Origin: Octopus bimaculoides
Taxonomy: Eukaryota
Direction of reading: 5' to 3'
Length of the DNA: 64,000 nt
Assembly (NCBI RefSeq): GCF_001194135.2
Contig: NC_068984.1
Location: forward strand, 16,529,681 to 16,593,680
Below the pieces are notes generated by a model. The model was given only the letters and a program-made list of their open reading frames with translations, was not told the DNA's origin and did no database searches. A program made the position numbers and the translations under genes. Below are positions 13,690 to 27,670 of the stretch, one piece after another (position 1 is the stretch's first letter; each line of letters begins with the position of its first letter).

Positions 13690-13930
13690 TTATATTTATC
13701 AGCAATATTTTACATATATTTGCAATTCAAAATGGTCACCCTTTGCTTTCATCATAGTCCTTGATCTTTCCTCAACTGTTTTATCACTCCACAATTCTTT
13801 TATACCAGCTATTTTCAATGATTGAGAACTTCTGTTCTACAAAATCTTCCTTAGATTAAATTGCTCTTGATGAATTCAAGTTCTCACCAGTTTCCTTGGA
13901 TTCCAAACCTTACCATTTTTCTTTATCACT
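13690..13930 (-). mobile_element. Highly decayed Tc1/mariner 3' relic
   Basis: Minus translation ends in KAKGDHFE, a typical transposase C-terminus. Upstream motifs are poorly preserved. Confidence 0.4.
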
Positions 13931-14369
13931 TATGTACAGAAAGCAGCAAAAAAAAAAAAATAATAATAATAATAACCGCCTAGATTCACCATTCTTAATA
14001 AATGACTCAACAGCTAGCATGTAATGAGCACAAGTTCAAACCATACTGGTAACTGAAAACATTAGTTACATGAAGACACTGTTACTAGCAGCTCAAGTTC
14101 ACCAGTGACAGGATGCAGTAGAATAACCTGTGGGAGGTTTTTCCACCACATCATGGCAGAGATGTTTTTTATGTTCCAGTCATTGAGCTGTTACCATACT
14201 GGGGCACTGCTTTGTAGGGTTTAAGTCAAGTACATACTTTTTAAAGCCAGGTTCTTATTCTATTGATCACTTTTGCCTAACCGCTAATCTACCTGGAGGT
14301 AAACAAAGCAACACCAGTTGTCAATTGGTAGTGAATGAAACTCAAACACACACACACACATACATTCAC

Positions 14370-14409
<40 letters not shown>

Positions 14410-14673
14410 AGGCTTCCATATAGTTTCCATCTGCCAACTTTTCTCACAAAGCATTGGTCTGCCTGGGGCTATAGTAGAAGACATTTGCCTAAAGTACCAC
14501 ACAGTGGAATTGAACCCAAAACACTATATGTTTGCAAAGTGAGTGCGTTAACCACATAGCCATTCTTGCACTTATGTATGTAACATACAAATATTTTTTT
14601 TATTTTCAGATGTTATGATGACAAGTTTCTCTAATAACCAATTCTTATTATTCTTTTTTTTTTATTTTACAGA

Positions 14674-16061
14674 ATGTCAAAAGAACATTTTGAGAAGATA
14701 CACCTGAGTGTGGCTCTTGAAGAAGCAGCTAACCACCAAATAAGCTTCTTGAACAATGTTAACCAATATCCTGAACTTTATGAACCTGCTTTTCTAAAAC
14801 GAACTCTTTACAGATATGAAATACTTTGGTTGCCTCTAGCTTCCAAACATGATTTCATTCCAGCTCCATTGGATATTGAATGGGTATGGCACTGTCATAT
14901 GCTGGCACCACTAGCATATGCAGAAGACTGTGACAGAATAGTTGGTAAATTAGTTAATCATGCTCTCTACTCAGAACAAGTTCGGCAAAACAAACTACAA
15001 AAAAGTAGAGAACTGTGGACAAAAGCTTACCCTAATGAGCCATTTGATATTCCGCCCAATTCTAATGAGCCATGCCCTGAATATAAATCCCAACTAAGCT
15101 ATGATATTGTAGCTGCTGCTGCACGTCAGAGAGTTTTCCTTTACCAAGTTTCTCTACCTCACTATACAGACTACAGGTTCCTCAAACAAGCTATTATACG
15201 ATACAAAAAATACTTGCATTTGAAACAGAAGAATCCAGCCACCTTTCTGGTACCATGCTACGATATTGACCTTATTTGGCACAGTCACCAGCTCCACCCA
15301 AACAATTATCAAAAAGACACAAAGAAATTATTTAACAGGGTCTTCAATCATGATGACACTGTCAATGATCGCAGTCCAAATTCAAAACTAAGCCTCTCAG
15401 ATATTGAAACTAGAAATCTTTGGATCAAAACCTACAATGAAACATTTTCTATGTACGGAGCAATGTATCGTGGGGAACCACCGGAGAGAAAACTTTATAA
15501 AATCACTAAGGAAAACCTATTTAGAATAAGTGCAAAGCATGCAATGTTTGTTGTTGAAAAGGCGTCTATACAGAATATTCCAGAAGAAGTAAGGAAATTT
15601 AATTTGGCTTTGAAACTTTACCAGGGTGCAGATCTTTTATGTACTAAACATCTCAATGGACCTAATACTGAATGGGAAGGAAAAGCCTTAATAAAACATG
15701 ACATTAGCACCCACAAAAATTCTTATCTAACTATAACACTCTACAAAAAAGTTGGTTTGACCTGCTGTGGAAACAACGTTTCTCTTGGTACAACTATGTT
15801 TGACTTTTGGAAGACAGTTCATTTTGCCTCTGAAGGTCAGTCATTTTCAGAAACATTATTACTTGATGAAGCACCACAAATTACTGTTCAAATAAAAGGA
15901 TACTTTACGAATCCAGTATGTACTGCCTGCAATTTTACTGTTGAGGTTAAACCTTACAAAAAGTTTACACTGCCAACGCAGATTGAACAGATGTGGGGAC
16001 CAGTTCCATTACCTCACTTACCAAATGATGTCCAAAATGTGTCTTTTGTTGGTGAACATTT
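14674..16061 (+). CDS. GRDP-like (DUF1399) glycine-rich-domain protein, coding exon 1
   Basis: 463-aa ORF preceded by a polypyrimidine-ACAG acceptor. It holds two DUF1399-type repeats (RYEILWLPL...PLDIEWVWHCHML and AIIRYKKYL...LVPCYDIDLIWHSHQLHP). Donor TT|GTAAGA at 16061/16062 (phase 2). Confidence 0.9.
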
Positions 16062-16488
16062 GTAAGAATTTTATTTACATTTTTTTGTAATCTAATATCA
16101 CAGCTCTCATCTAACATCTCCTTTCTGCTTTCAATACACCTCTGTGTATAAGACTTCACAACTGCTTAACACTTCACATCTACTTATCATTTCATATCTA
16201 TGTAATATTACAGCTCTATATAACATTTCACTTCTGTATCACTTCACAACTCTTTCTATAACACCTTAACCAAGTATAGCATCCTACTTCTGTATAATGT
16301 CTTGCCTCTGTACATCTTGTCACTCCTATATAACATCTTTCCTCTACATAACACCTCACTTGTATATATTGATATCTTAACTCTGTATATAATATTTCAC
16401 CTGTATAAACATATATATATGTATATATATATAAATGTCATACTTCTATGTGCCATCTCACCTCTCTCTCTCTCTCTCTCTCTCTCTG

Positions 16489-16553
<65 letters not shown>

Positions 16554-16676
16554 GTGTGTGTGTATGTGAGTATATGTGTTAGTTGTCTAAGAGTCTATGC
16601 TGTGAAAAAATGTACTCATATATCTGTCAATAGAATGGTTGTACTAATCAAAGTGTACAATATTATACGACTATTA

Positions 16677-16875
16677 CAATCAATCTTACCAATTGGTTTT
16701 GTGTTAGGGATTCCACAAAGCGTTAGGTAACAGTCGTGTCTATCCACCTCCAATAGTATAGAGCAGTCACCATATTTCATTCCATAACGGCTACTTTTGA
16801 TGAGTGCAGGGTTACATAATTGGACCTGAAACTCCGTTGAATCCCCAGCACAAAACCATTTGGTAAGACTGGCTG
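16677..16875. mobile_element. Small TA-flanked MITE (Tc1/mariner-like)
   Basis: Imperfect TIR of about 36 bp (caatcaatcttaccaattggttttgtgttagggattc versus the reverse complement of 16839-16875), with TA on both sides. Confidence 0.55.
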
Positions 16876-16886
16876 TAATGGATATA

Positions 16887-17637
16887 CAGGGTGTCCCAAA
16901 AGTCACTGATGGGTTTCAATTTTTAATAACTTCCTTATCTTTACAAATAAATGCATGAAATTTTGAGACAATATGAAGGATATAATGGAAATTAATATGC
17001 ATAAGTCAAAATTTACAACACCACTACATCACATATGAAAAATGACACCGTTTAAATGGCAGCCATTTTTGGCTTCACATGCCCGTGCTCTTTCCAAAGC
17101 TTGCACCATAATACCCTCAAGAGTTTCAAACCCCACTTTTCTGATTTCTGTTTTGATGTTCTCCTTCAGTTGCAGCAGGGTCTCCAGTTTGTTGATGTAA
17201 ACCCTATCTTTCAGGTATTCCCACAAGAAAAAATGTCGAGAATAATCTCCCACTATGGCAATGTCAACTGGCCTTCATATTCCCCAGACTTGACTAGCTT
17301 TGTGGGGATACCTAAAAGAGAGGATTTATGTCAATAAACCAGAGACCCTGATGCAACTGAAGGAGAACATCAATAGTGAAATCAGAGAAGTGGGGTCTGA
17401 AATTCTAGAGGGTGTTATGGTGCAAGTTTTGAAAAGAGCATGGGTGTGCAAAGCAGAAAATGGCTGCCATTTAAGCGACATAATTTTTCATGTGATGTAG
17501 TGGTGTTGTAAAATTTGACTTATGCATATTAATTTCCATTATGTCCTTCGTGTTGTATCAAAAATTCATGCATTTATTTATAGAGTTAAGGAAGTTATTA
17601 AAAACTGAAACCCATCAGTGACTTTTAGGACATGCTG
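16887..17637. mobile_element. Tc1/mariner-type fold-back element made of two inverted 3' ends
   Basis: TA flanks and TIR cag(gg/ca)tgtcc(c/t)aaaagtcactgatgggtttca. Both arms encode the same decayed transposase C-terminus (WPSYSPDL, WGYLKERIY, ENGCHL). Confidence 0.8.
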
Positions 17638-18829
17638 TATAATATATATATGTGTGTGTATATATATATGTGTGTATATAGGTGTGTATATATACACACA
17701 TACACATACACACACACACCATCTCACCTCTATATATAACATTTCACATCTATATAACATCCACTTCTACATATAGCATCTCACCTTTATATATTATAAC
17801 AGTTCACATCTATACAGAACACCTTGTATTGTATGCTTCTCACTTACTTTTATGTAACATCTTATTCCTACATAATCCCTCACCTCCATAGAACAACTCA
17901 CCCCTATATAGCATTTGACTTCTATATGTAGCACCTCTTATACAAGGTTGTCTCTATATCATCACTCAAGCTCTTAATAAAAGCTTTCAAATATTCCTGA
18001 AAATGCTCCCTAGTATCTTGAAATAAAAAGGAGATAATTTTTATAATAGTCCTGATGTATTGTCTGAAAATAAGATAGAGTGATCAAGTCTTGCTCACAG
18101 CTGTTCCCTGGGTTAAACACCAATAATATTCATATCTCCTTTTATCATTCCTATCTCTTCAACTCTTACTTTATATGCTTCTCTGTTGAATCTACTCAAA
18201 ATATAATTTGAACTCCACCAATTATTCACATATTATCCATCTTTTTATTAAATGTTTTATATATATATATTTCTTTTTTTTTTTCATGCTTGCATGTGTG
18301 GGATGAGTTTAGGGAAATGAGTACATTTATTTTTGATCAATTCAAATGTTTGGGACATATTTGATCAGTAAAAAGGCCATTCTTATTTCAGTATACCATG
18401 GTGAAAATGTTTCACTTTATGTAAAAGGATAAATTTCAAAGTGGACCCTATGGACTAATATATGTACTTCAAGCTCTTTATGCGCTCATCAGTATTAGAT
18501 ACCAGGCAGGATAACTCCAAAATGACTAGAAATTTTTGCTTCCTTATAAGAAATAAGTAAAAATTATCTACTGACAACATACTGTGGCAACTGGAACAAA
18601 ATACTTAGATGGCTCACAAAGCAGTGTGGTGAAATAAACAAACATTCTATCAGCTCAAATATATTTGGGATATATTTGATCTGTAAAAAGACCATTCTTA
18701 TTTCACTGCTTTGCATGCAAACCATGTATTTAGTACATTTATGTATTATATTATTTTGTGTCTAAATCAAGTCTTTACATGTTTTTATAGTCTTATGCAT
18801 CCATTGTGATATTTTGCAAATTATACAAA

Positions 18830-19100
18830 CAGCAAAGGAGTTCAACATTGGCAAACCAGCAGGTGATTCATGATTTGGACTGTTACACAGTCACAGAAAC
18901 AGGATTCCACATTATATCTCCCTTTGCCTTTGGTGATTTGGTTGGCCCAGATCCAATGGGAGTTGATTAAGACATGTTGATTGCTCCATGTTGACTTCAA
19001 GCTGGTTGTCAAATTGTCTGCTGGCTTCATTTTCATATGTCACATAATCTTCACTATTCCTGTAGATGTTCCCAAAGAATCTACCCATGTACAAGTATAG
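18830..19100 (-). mobile_element. LINE C-terminal relic
   Basis: HWIWANQITKGKGR...CFCDCVTVQIMNHLLVCQC matches the WxxLNR.RTG.GR...CDCG..QT..H...C pattern. Confidence 0.5.
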
Positions 19101-19449
19101 CAGAAAAGACTGGTAAATATTCCAACAATGTATATTGTTGTATCAAGGATACACAACTAGATGATTTACCTATCAATAATCAATGACTCAATGAACTGAA
19201 AAGTAAAAGCAGAATCTTCAATTGACCAGACACCTCAAGAAAAATGAGCCATATACATTTCATAGATACCTACCCTTATATAATACAGGGTAGTCATATA
19301 TTTGTTTATGCTTGTCCCTGGCATGAAGCCACCACTCCTTCTCTCAAATACTTTCCCTACTACTTATACAAAGGGGCTTTTTCCCTCTCCTTGTTCTTTT
19401 TCTGTCTTTCTTGTTTTGTTTTTTTTCCTCTTCAGTAACTAGATCAATA

Positions 19450-20850
19450 TTAGATTGCTCTTGCTCGCGTAACTTCTTAACACATCATTGCAGAAAACAT
19501 ACAGACTCGTAGCTTGCTTGAGCAACATACCTCAACAAGTGAACGTTTCAGCAGTCACAAATGGAACACTTTTCAGTGAAACCAGAGTTTCATGACTTCC
19601 TACTAGCTATATCTTTAGTTGAAACAGTGTCAGATAAGATCATCTGAGTATCTTATACAAACGTAATAATGAGTGGCATCAGTTTAATATAACCAACTTT
19701 TGGCTCCTAGTTATAGTTAGAGTTAAAGCCTGCAAGCAAAACTAATCCAGATTTAGAACACCATCCAAGTAAAGACTACCACATTGATAAACTATGCTGA
19801 AAGTTAAATAGTCTTTTAGCCATAGTACGAAGCACAAAAGAGCAGGCCTTATCACATAGAGCATTTCCTTTAAAACATCACTTCATCATTTTTCCAGCAG
19901 ATTTATACAATAAATGGAAAGTGTTGTGGCTAGAGAGAAAGCCACATGTTTAATTGTAGTCAAGTGTTGTAGTTGTTTAGAATTGCTAGGGATTGAGTAA
20001 TCTATGAGGGGTTTCTATCTTTTAGGACCGAGTTGAAAAAAAAATTTCTATTTGGTACCTGTTATGAGAGGATCCTGAACACCCCTACGTGACTGAAGGT
20101 GGACTAACAATAGATAAGAACTGAGTGAACTGTCAGGGAATAGTTGACAGTATTAGTTCGATGTGTGTTGGTTTAACAGTCGGTAGTTGAACAGTGAATA
20201 CTGAGTATCATACCTACGTTCAAGTAGTACAGGGTGCGTTCTGTATTTTAACGTATATTTCTGCGATAGGTTATCTTTAGATAATCACATTCAACTATTT
20301 ATTTGTGTAATATCGTTTTACACCAGATGTGTATACCCACGTCATAACAGTATCCATGGTAATAAATGGATGTTTTGGCAGAGAACACATTTATCATTGT
20401 TCAAAGTAATGTTGAGTCTCTTAGTAACTGAAATAAATTGAGCTAAGTTCCCATCATGCTCTTCAATAGGTTTGTTAACAATAATATCATTGTTGAGATA
20501 AACATGAAATCCTTTGATATCATTGTCAATAATTATATCATCCATCAAACTTTGAAAAGCACTTATGGCATTAGTTACACCAAGCAGTAACCTTATAGAT
20601 TTGATTAAACAGCTTGTCAGCTTGTCAGCTTGAAATTTTGTGTATCGCTTATGTTCTTCGTGGAGTTGAATCTGATGGTATACTGTTTTAAAATCTAGTT
20701 TGTTGTAGAATTTATTGTAGGAAATAGACAGTATGAGGTATTCAATATTAGGATGTGGACTGTCATTCAGAGAGCAGTAATGATTTAAAGATTGTGGATA
20801 TTTCGTAACAAGGGGATAATTGTCACTGCTTCCCACTACTACTGCTTGTA
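19450..20850 (-). mobile_element. Ty3/Gypsy pol relic (RT-RNase H)
   Basis: ORF 20342-20836 reads KLDFKTVYHQI...GVTNAISAFQ...VYLNNDIIV (YLDD decayed)...NITLNNDKC. RNase H-like remnants continue leftward past a solo LTR. Confidence 0.75.
20060..20349. mobile_element. Solo LTR
   Basis: 290 bp with TGTTATGA...TCATAACA termini. The 5-bp flanks GTACC and GTATC differ by one base. Removing it restores G-Y-Q-I in the host Gypsy frame. Confidence 0.7.
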
Positions 20851-21097
20851 CACATCTTAGAGAAACTGACAGCTCAATAATACCATAATCAAGAAGCTAT
20901 TGAGTCTCTTTCTCATGCATTCAGGGATGTGTGGTTAAGAAGCTTGCTTCTCAATGATGTGGTCTTGGGTTCAGTCCCACTGTACAGCACCTTGGGTAAA
21001 TATCTTTCAACTATAGACCCAGGCTGATCAAAGCCTTGTGTGTGGATTTTGTAAACTGAAATTCAAAGAAGCTTGTCTCATGTATGTATATATAGAA

Positions 21098-22471
21098 CAG
21101 GGGTGGGGAAACTTTTTAGTGCGGCAGGCAAAAATTTCCAAAGAAAAAGGTCCGTGGATGGATCACAAGTTCTAACTCTTATATCTGTGTAAATCTGTAG
21201 ACTAACATTACATATTCACTAGACCTTCTTTGCTTCATTTCTTTCTAACCTTCACGAGACTTCTGTATTCAAGGCCAATGACTCCCTACCATGCAGCATC
21301 ACAGTTCTAATACAAGTGCCAGCTTCTGAACTTCTTCCCACCTGTTCTTACCCTGGCTACTATAATTTCTAAACAACTGCTTTCCTTGGTAATTATGTCA
21401 TGTGTATGGTTATGAATTGAATATTTCTTTGTCCAAAGATGAAGAAATTCTAACAACAGTTTTGATAGCAATAATGGAAAAAAGAATTTTGTAGCTGGAT
21501 CTAGTAAGAATTTAACAACTTTTTTTCTTAGTTCTTTTTAGAAAGATATTAGACCTAGCCACAGTCTTTCCAAGGAAACAAAACCATTAGATTATTTTTG
21601 TTACTTTTTCTTTCGAAGTAATTGCTGCAGAAATGAACTGTTACACAGAATATAAAACAAAGACAAAAAGAAAAAAGTTTGAGGTTTCCTACAGACATGG
21701 ATGAAGGATTAGAAATCCGAGCATTTTTAGGAATACTGCACCTGTGCCCAACGTCGCCTTCCTGGCACGTGTAAAGACATTCGAGCGAGATCATTGCCAG
21801 TGCCGCTGGACTGGCTCCTGTGCAGGTGGCACGTAAAATACACCATTTTGAGCGTGGCCGTTGCCTGTAATGCCTAACTGGCCCTCGTACCAGTGGCACG
21901 TAAAAGCACCCACCACACTCTCAGAGTGGTTGGCGTTAGGAAGGGCATCCAGCCGTAGAAACTCTGCCAAATCAGATTGGAGCCTGGTGTAGCCATCTGG
22001 TTCACCAGTCCTCAGTCAAATCGTCCAACCCATGCTAACATGGAAAGCGGACGTTAAACGATGATGATGATGATGATATAATTCGAGACACAATAATAAA
22101 GATAAGTTTAAGACATTAAATTAATGCCTAACATGTTCATTAATGCCGCCACTGAATTTAAGATGTTTATACTACTTATGAGGTATTCTATACTTTTCAG
22201 CTAGAGTGTAGTTGGGTCTCAAGGGGGTGGTACAAACCTAGCAATATGTGTTTTATAGTGAAAACAAAATTTCCATTCAAATGGCAATTGTCGGACGATT
22301 TTCTGTTCAGGTCTAACTGTTTAAGCTGTAGAGGGAATGCGACTTATGTTGCAAATAGGCATATGAATATTGTATAAATTTTATAATTGAAAAATTTACT
22401 ATATTTTGTACATACGAGTATACCAGCCCGTGGGTGCAATTGTGCCTGCAGGCGGGGGTTTCCCACCCCTG
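21098..22471. mobile_element. Non-autonomous hAT (Charlie-like) element containing an RTE tail
   Basis: TIR caggggtggggaaac / gtttcccacccctg. The 8-bp flanks ATATAGAA and GTATAGAG match at 6 of 8. An RTE 3' end is nested at about 21767-22077. Confidence 0.65.
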
Positions 22472-22705
22472 GTATAGAGGTAGATAGATACTATCTTTGC
22501 CAGATCAGATTGAGCCTGGTGCGGCCTCTGGCTCACCAGTCCTCATTGAAACTATCCAACCCATGCCAGCATGGAAAGTGGACGTTAAACAATGACGATG
22601 ATGATGATGATGTGTGTGTGTATGTATGTATATATGTAGCTTAGCTTCAAGTTCAGTCTCATTGTGTGTCTTCTACTATAACCCCATCATAGGCGTGTGT
22701 GTGTT

Positions 22706-22746
<41 letters not shown>

Positions 22747-23291
22747 CTGTGTGTATCTGTATCTGCATGTTTGTTTATATTTGTACTTCCCTAAAATCAT
22801 GAGCAGCAAAGTGGTGATATTATCACTTCTCCTGTCAACAAATCACTCACTGTTTATTAAGTTCTGTTTAGTCTCTCACTTAGTAAATCCCATTAAGTGT
22901 CCCATTAAATCTTCACAGTCTGCCTACCCTTTGCCTCATCGATACCCTTTTGTCTCTCTTACCTTCTCTTCTATTCATTGTACTACACCGGTCTTGTAAT
23001 GCGGAATTGCATTCGATCTCTCAGTATACAATCCCTCTCTAGCACAATCCTTATCACACAATTTCTTATTACCATCCCAATGCCTATATAAGGAAGATCT
23101 GACATCTATCACTCCCCATTTCCCATCTCTACTACTACCTATCCCTTCTTAACTCCCTTACTGCTAACATTTAACTGCCATCACTGTTTCTCTCCCATTA
23201 CTCTCTGCTATAACTGTCTGTTCCATTAACCTTTTCTCCACCACCCTCTCACTCCAATTATTGGCTTTCCTATCATACTCTATCTCTCCCC

Positions 23292-23378
<87 letters not shown>

Positions 23379-23757
23379 CCTCTAGCTCTGTCTTTCTCTT
23401 TTGCCCTAGTTTAATGTCTGTCACCATCCTTTTCTTTTATTCACCTTCTGGACTACGTTGCTTTAAAAGAATGGAAACAGTGTGGAGTATTAAGGACATT
23501 TTAGTCGTCCTTTTATTGTAACAACTCCACAGAGTTGTCAGGAAACACGATTTGGAAGCTGGCATTTTCTGCATGATAGCTGTCTATCACAAAATGAAAG
23601 CAAAATCATTACAAGGAGGAATTTTTATTAAACTAATGAAAGCAAAGCATTATGATGACCAAAGTTGTAAGAACTTCTGAAGTTTTAATAAGTTTTAATG
23701 AAAAATGTCATGTGAAGCAGTCAAACAAACATGTAATACCCAATTTTTACCCTATTG

Positions 23758-23792
<35 letters not shown>

Positions 23793-24400
23793 NNNNNNNN
23801 NNNNNNNNNNNNNNNNNNNNNNNNNNNNNNNNNNNNNNNNNNNNNNNNNNNNNNNNNNNNNNNNNNNNNNNNNNNNNNNNNNNNNNNNNNNNNNNNNNNN
23901 NNNNNNNNNNNNNNNNNNNNNNNNNNNNNNNNNNNNNNNNNNNNNNNNNNNNNNNNNNNNNNNNNNNNNNNNNNNNNNNNNNNNNNNNNNNNNNNNNNNN
24001 NNNNNNNNNNNNNNNNNNNNNNNNNNNNNNNNNNNNNNNNNNNNNNNNNNNNNNNNNNNNNNNNNNNNNNNNNNNNNNNNNNNNNNNNNNNNNNNNNNNN
24101 NNNNNNNNNNNNNNNNNNNNNNNNNNNNNNNNNNNNNNNNNNNNNNNNNNNNNNNNNNNNNNNNNNNNNNNNNNNNNNNNNNNNNNNNNNNNNNNNNNNN
24201 NNNNNNNNNNNNNNNNNNNNNNNNNNNNNNNNNNNNNNNNNNNNNNNNNNNNNNNNNNNNNNNNNNNNNNNNNNNNNNNNNNNNNNNNNNNNNNNNNNNN
24301 NNNNNNNNNNNNNNNNNNNNNNNNNNNNNNNNNNNNNNNNNNNNNNNNNNNNNNNNNNNNNNNNNNNNNNNNNNNNNNNNNNNNNNNNNNNNNNNNNNNN
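23793..24400. other. Assembly gap (largest of several N-runs)
   Basis: 608 N preceded by a (TA)n microsatellite. Confidence 1.
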
Positions 24401-24759
24401 ATGATAGATCGCTAGCCACTACACATTCTTTATTTTCTCTCCTTGTTTCTTTCTGTTCTTTTCTGTGGAAGAGCGTAGGTTTAAAACATTAAAGACTTTT
24501 TCACTTCCCGAGCGTTAAACTAATACATTTGTTTGTTGTCTACACTACCTGTCTTTGTCTTTTGTTTTTTTGTGAATTCTCCCTACATATACATATATTA
24601 GGAAGGGCATCCAGCTGTAGAAACTCTGCCAAATTTAGATTGGAGCCTGGTGTTGCCATCCGGTTTCACCAGTCCTCAGTCAAATTCTCCAACCCATGCT
24701 AGCATGGAAAGCGGACGTTAAACGATGATGATGATGATGATGATGATGATATATATATT

Positions 24760-24810
<51 letters not shown>

Positions 24811-25338
24811 ACAGTAGCATTCCATGGGAAATTCTATGGTTGTTTTGAAAATTGGAAGATGGAATTGAATATTTTTCTGAACCATTTGAATCTTGAGATG
24901 ATTTAAAATTCTATATAAATAGTATTGAAGGTGCAATGTAAAGAAACAACTCCTCTGAACGTTTTCATATTCTTATGTCTTCTAATTTGAGTTGTGTTAC
25001 TTTTCAAATTATGTTAAGAATGAAACAGTTTTAGCTATGGAACAAAATGAAAGACATTATCTATAGTTTTATTGTTTCAGTACATTGGTAAAGTTCTGAT
25101 AAATTGGTTAATGTTTACTTTAACACCCCGGCTACCAAAACAAAAAACAAAAGCAAGTGTAATAGGTGTAAAAAAATGTGCTTTAAATGAATATGAGAAC
25201 AAAAATTTGCACCAATGAACTGATTATAAAGGACTTTGTGGGGAAATATTTTTCCAAGGGGGTGGGAAGGAATTTCGAAGAGAAAGAAATTCATAAATCA
25301 TTTTTTTTTTTTTTGCTCGAGTGTAATGGAGATAAAAT

Positions 25339-25369
<31 letters not shown>

Positions 25370-26689
25370 GAATTGAAATGTTAAGTAGGTGTCTTTTTTG
25401 CACAGAAAAAGTAGTATTTAATAGGGGTTGAATTGGTTCCAAGATAGGAACTTTCTAGCATTGATGCATTTGTTGAAGAGGAAATCTCAGCTCCACTTGT
25501 TGAATTTATTTGTTTCTCAACAAGGGTCTGGAAAGGTCCAGAAACCTAATCATTAAAACACCAATGAATATTATGAAATCATTATTGTTACTTCTGTTCC
25601 AGGTATTTTATGTGATATTTGGTTGAAGGTTAGCGGTTGCCATTTGCAATATAAAATTGCTTGAATACTGCCTTGAAAGCAGTTTAAACGTTTGAACCAA
25701 ATATATTGTTGCAAATTAGAACCAATTGCCAAAAATCAATTCGTTTTATTGAACTCACAAATATTTAAGACATTAGTATGTGTTCACTTTTATAGCAAAT
25801 GATGGCTGCTAACTTTCAACCAAATAATATTGTGTGACATCATATCACCTTTGCCTTTCATCCTTCTAGTGTTGACACCAGGAACACTTTGAAATTATAT
25901 TTCCAATTATATAAATCACTTTGAATATTATTTCAGCAAGTTTAAAATGATTTATACCATAAGCCATTTACCATTTCTGTGGTGTCCCCTTCCCTTGATG
26001 CCTTAAGCACATGCTTATTTTACTTAATGGTTAATCCAGTGCTGCATCTCATATGTGATTGATTACAAGGTTTGTATGGTATTGTTCCATCATTAGGTCT
26101 TTCATAGTTAATAATACCTAAATACTGTAGCTCCACACACAAATACTGTGACTTGTGAGGTTTAAACCTGCTCCCATATTTAAAGTGTTAAGAGCAACAT
26201 TAAGTAGTTTTGTTCTCTATTCTCAACTATAGACTCTTGTTTAAAGAAATCTAGGAGACACCAATATTAGTTGATTAAATTCCAATCCATTACCAGTATG
26301 TATGCAGTTCTTTCTTTCATCTACCTCAGAAGGACAAAAGTCAAAGGTGATCTGGGCAGAGTTTAACCATTTAGTACTTAAACAAGCCATATCCGGCCCA
26401 AATAGTCTATTTTTTTTTTATGTTCAAACTTGTCAGATCCAACCTCTCACACCTACCCTACTATGTCATTCTAAAAGTAAAAATCTCTAAGAATAGAGAT
26501 GCTTGAACAGAGATATGTTTATTTGTGCTGCATCCAAGAAGTAAAGTGGAGAGGAAGTTCTGCTAGGTTCCTTACAGGCAAAGAACATAGGTATAAGATT
26601 TTCTGGGTAGGGAACACTGATGAGGTTGGGGGCATGGGTGTACTCCTTGCAGAGAAATAGGTTGATAAGGTAATCGAGGTTTCAAGAGT

Positions 26690-27631
26690 CTGTGATAGAA
26701 TATTTAAGCTTAGACTAGTGCTGCAACATGGATTAGCAACCATTATCTCGGCCTATGCCCATCAGCCAGGGCTACCTGATGAACAGAAAGACTGATTTTA
26801 TGACACCCTCTTGCAAACTACCTCATCGACAAATGACGGGGACCTTCTCTTTGTGGCTGGTGACTTCAATGGGCATGATGGATAACATCCAAAGAACTTC
26901 CATGGTGGACATGGAGGCAATGGACTTGATTCCTACAATGAGGAGGGAACCAGGCTGCTGGAGTTCTGTGATGCAAATGATCTTATGATCTGTAATACTA
27001 ACTTCAGGAAACCTGCCAATCACCAAAGGAGGAGGATATAGCACCGCATAATGTGGAGGACAACTGGAGGTTCCTATGGGACAACCTGTTAAGGGTTACT
27101 GACAAGATCTGTGGCTGGGGATGAATTGGTGAAGCATGACCTTCAAACATGGGACCTCTCAGAGGCAATGACAAGTGACTGAAACCTTTAGAGATATGCT
27201 GTGCTTGAGAAGACCCTGCAAACCAAGTGAGATCGTAGCCATAGCCTCTGCCAGTGTCGCATAACTAGCCCATTTAAAAGCACCCTTCAATCGTTGGGCA
27301 AGATACCATGCTTGTGAAGACCTGTTGAACCAAGTGAAATCATTGTAGTGGCCGATGCCAGTGCCGCCTGACTGGCACCCATGCCAGTGGCATGTAAAAA
27401 GCACCATTCGAGTGTGGTCGGTGACAGTGCTGCATGACTGGCTCCCATGCCGGTGGATGATAAAAATCACCCACTACACTCTTAGAGTGGTTGGCATTAG
27501 GAAGGGCATTAAGCTGTAGAAACCTTACCAGATCAAATTGAAACCTGGTGCAGCCTTCTGACTTGCCAGTCCCCAATCAAACCATCTAACCTATACAAGT
27601 ATAGAAAGTGGACGTTAAATGACAATGGTGG

Positions 27632-27670
<39 letters not shown>
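26690..27670 (+). mobile_element. Internally deleted RTE LINE (endonuclease fragment plus 3' UTR and GAT tail)
   Basis: One frame reads AGDFNGHDG...NEEGTRLLEFCDANDLMICNTNFRKP. It is followed by the 3' UTR shared by the many short copies and by (GAT)n. Confidence 0.8.

Noticed and set aside
18329-18715. ~60-bp imperfect direct repeat about 320 bp apart
   Set aside because: No termini, TSD or coding content. It looks like an old local duplication.
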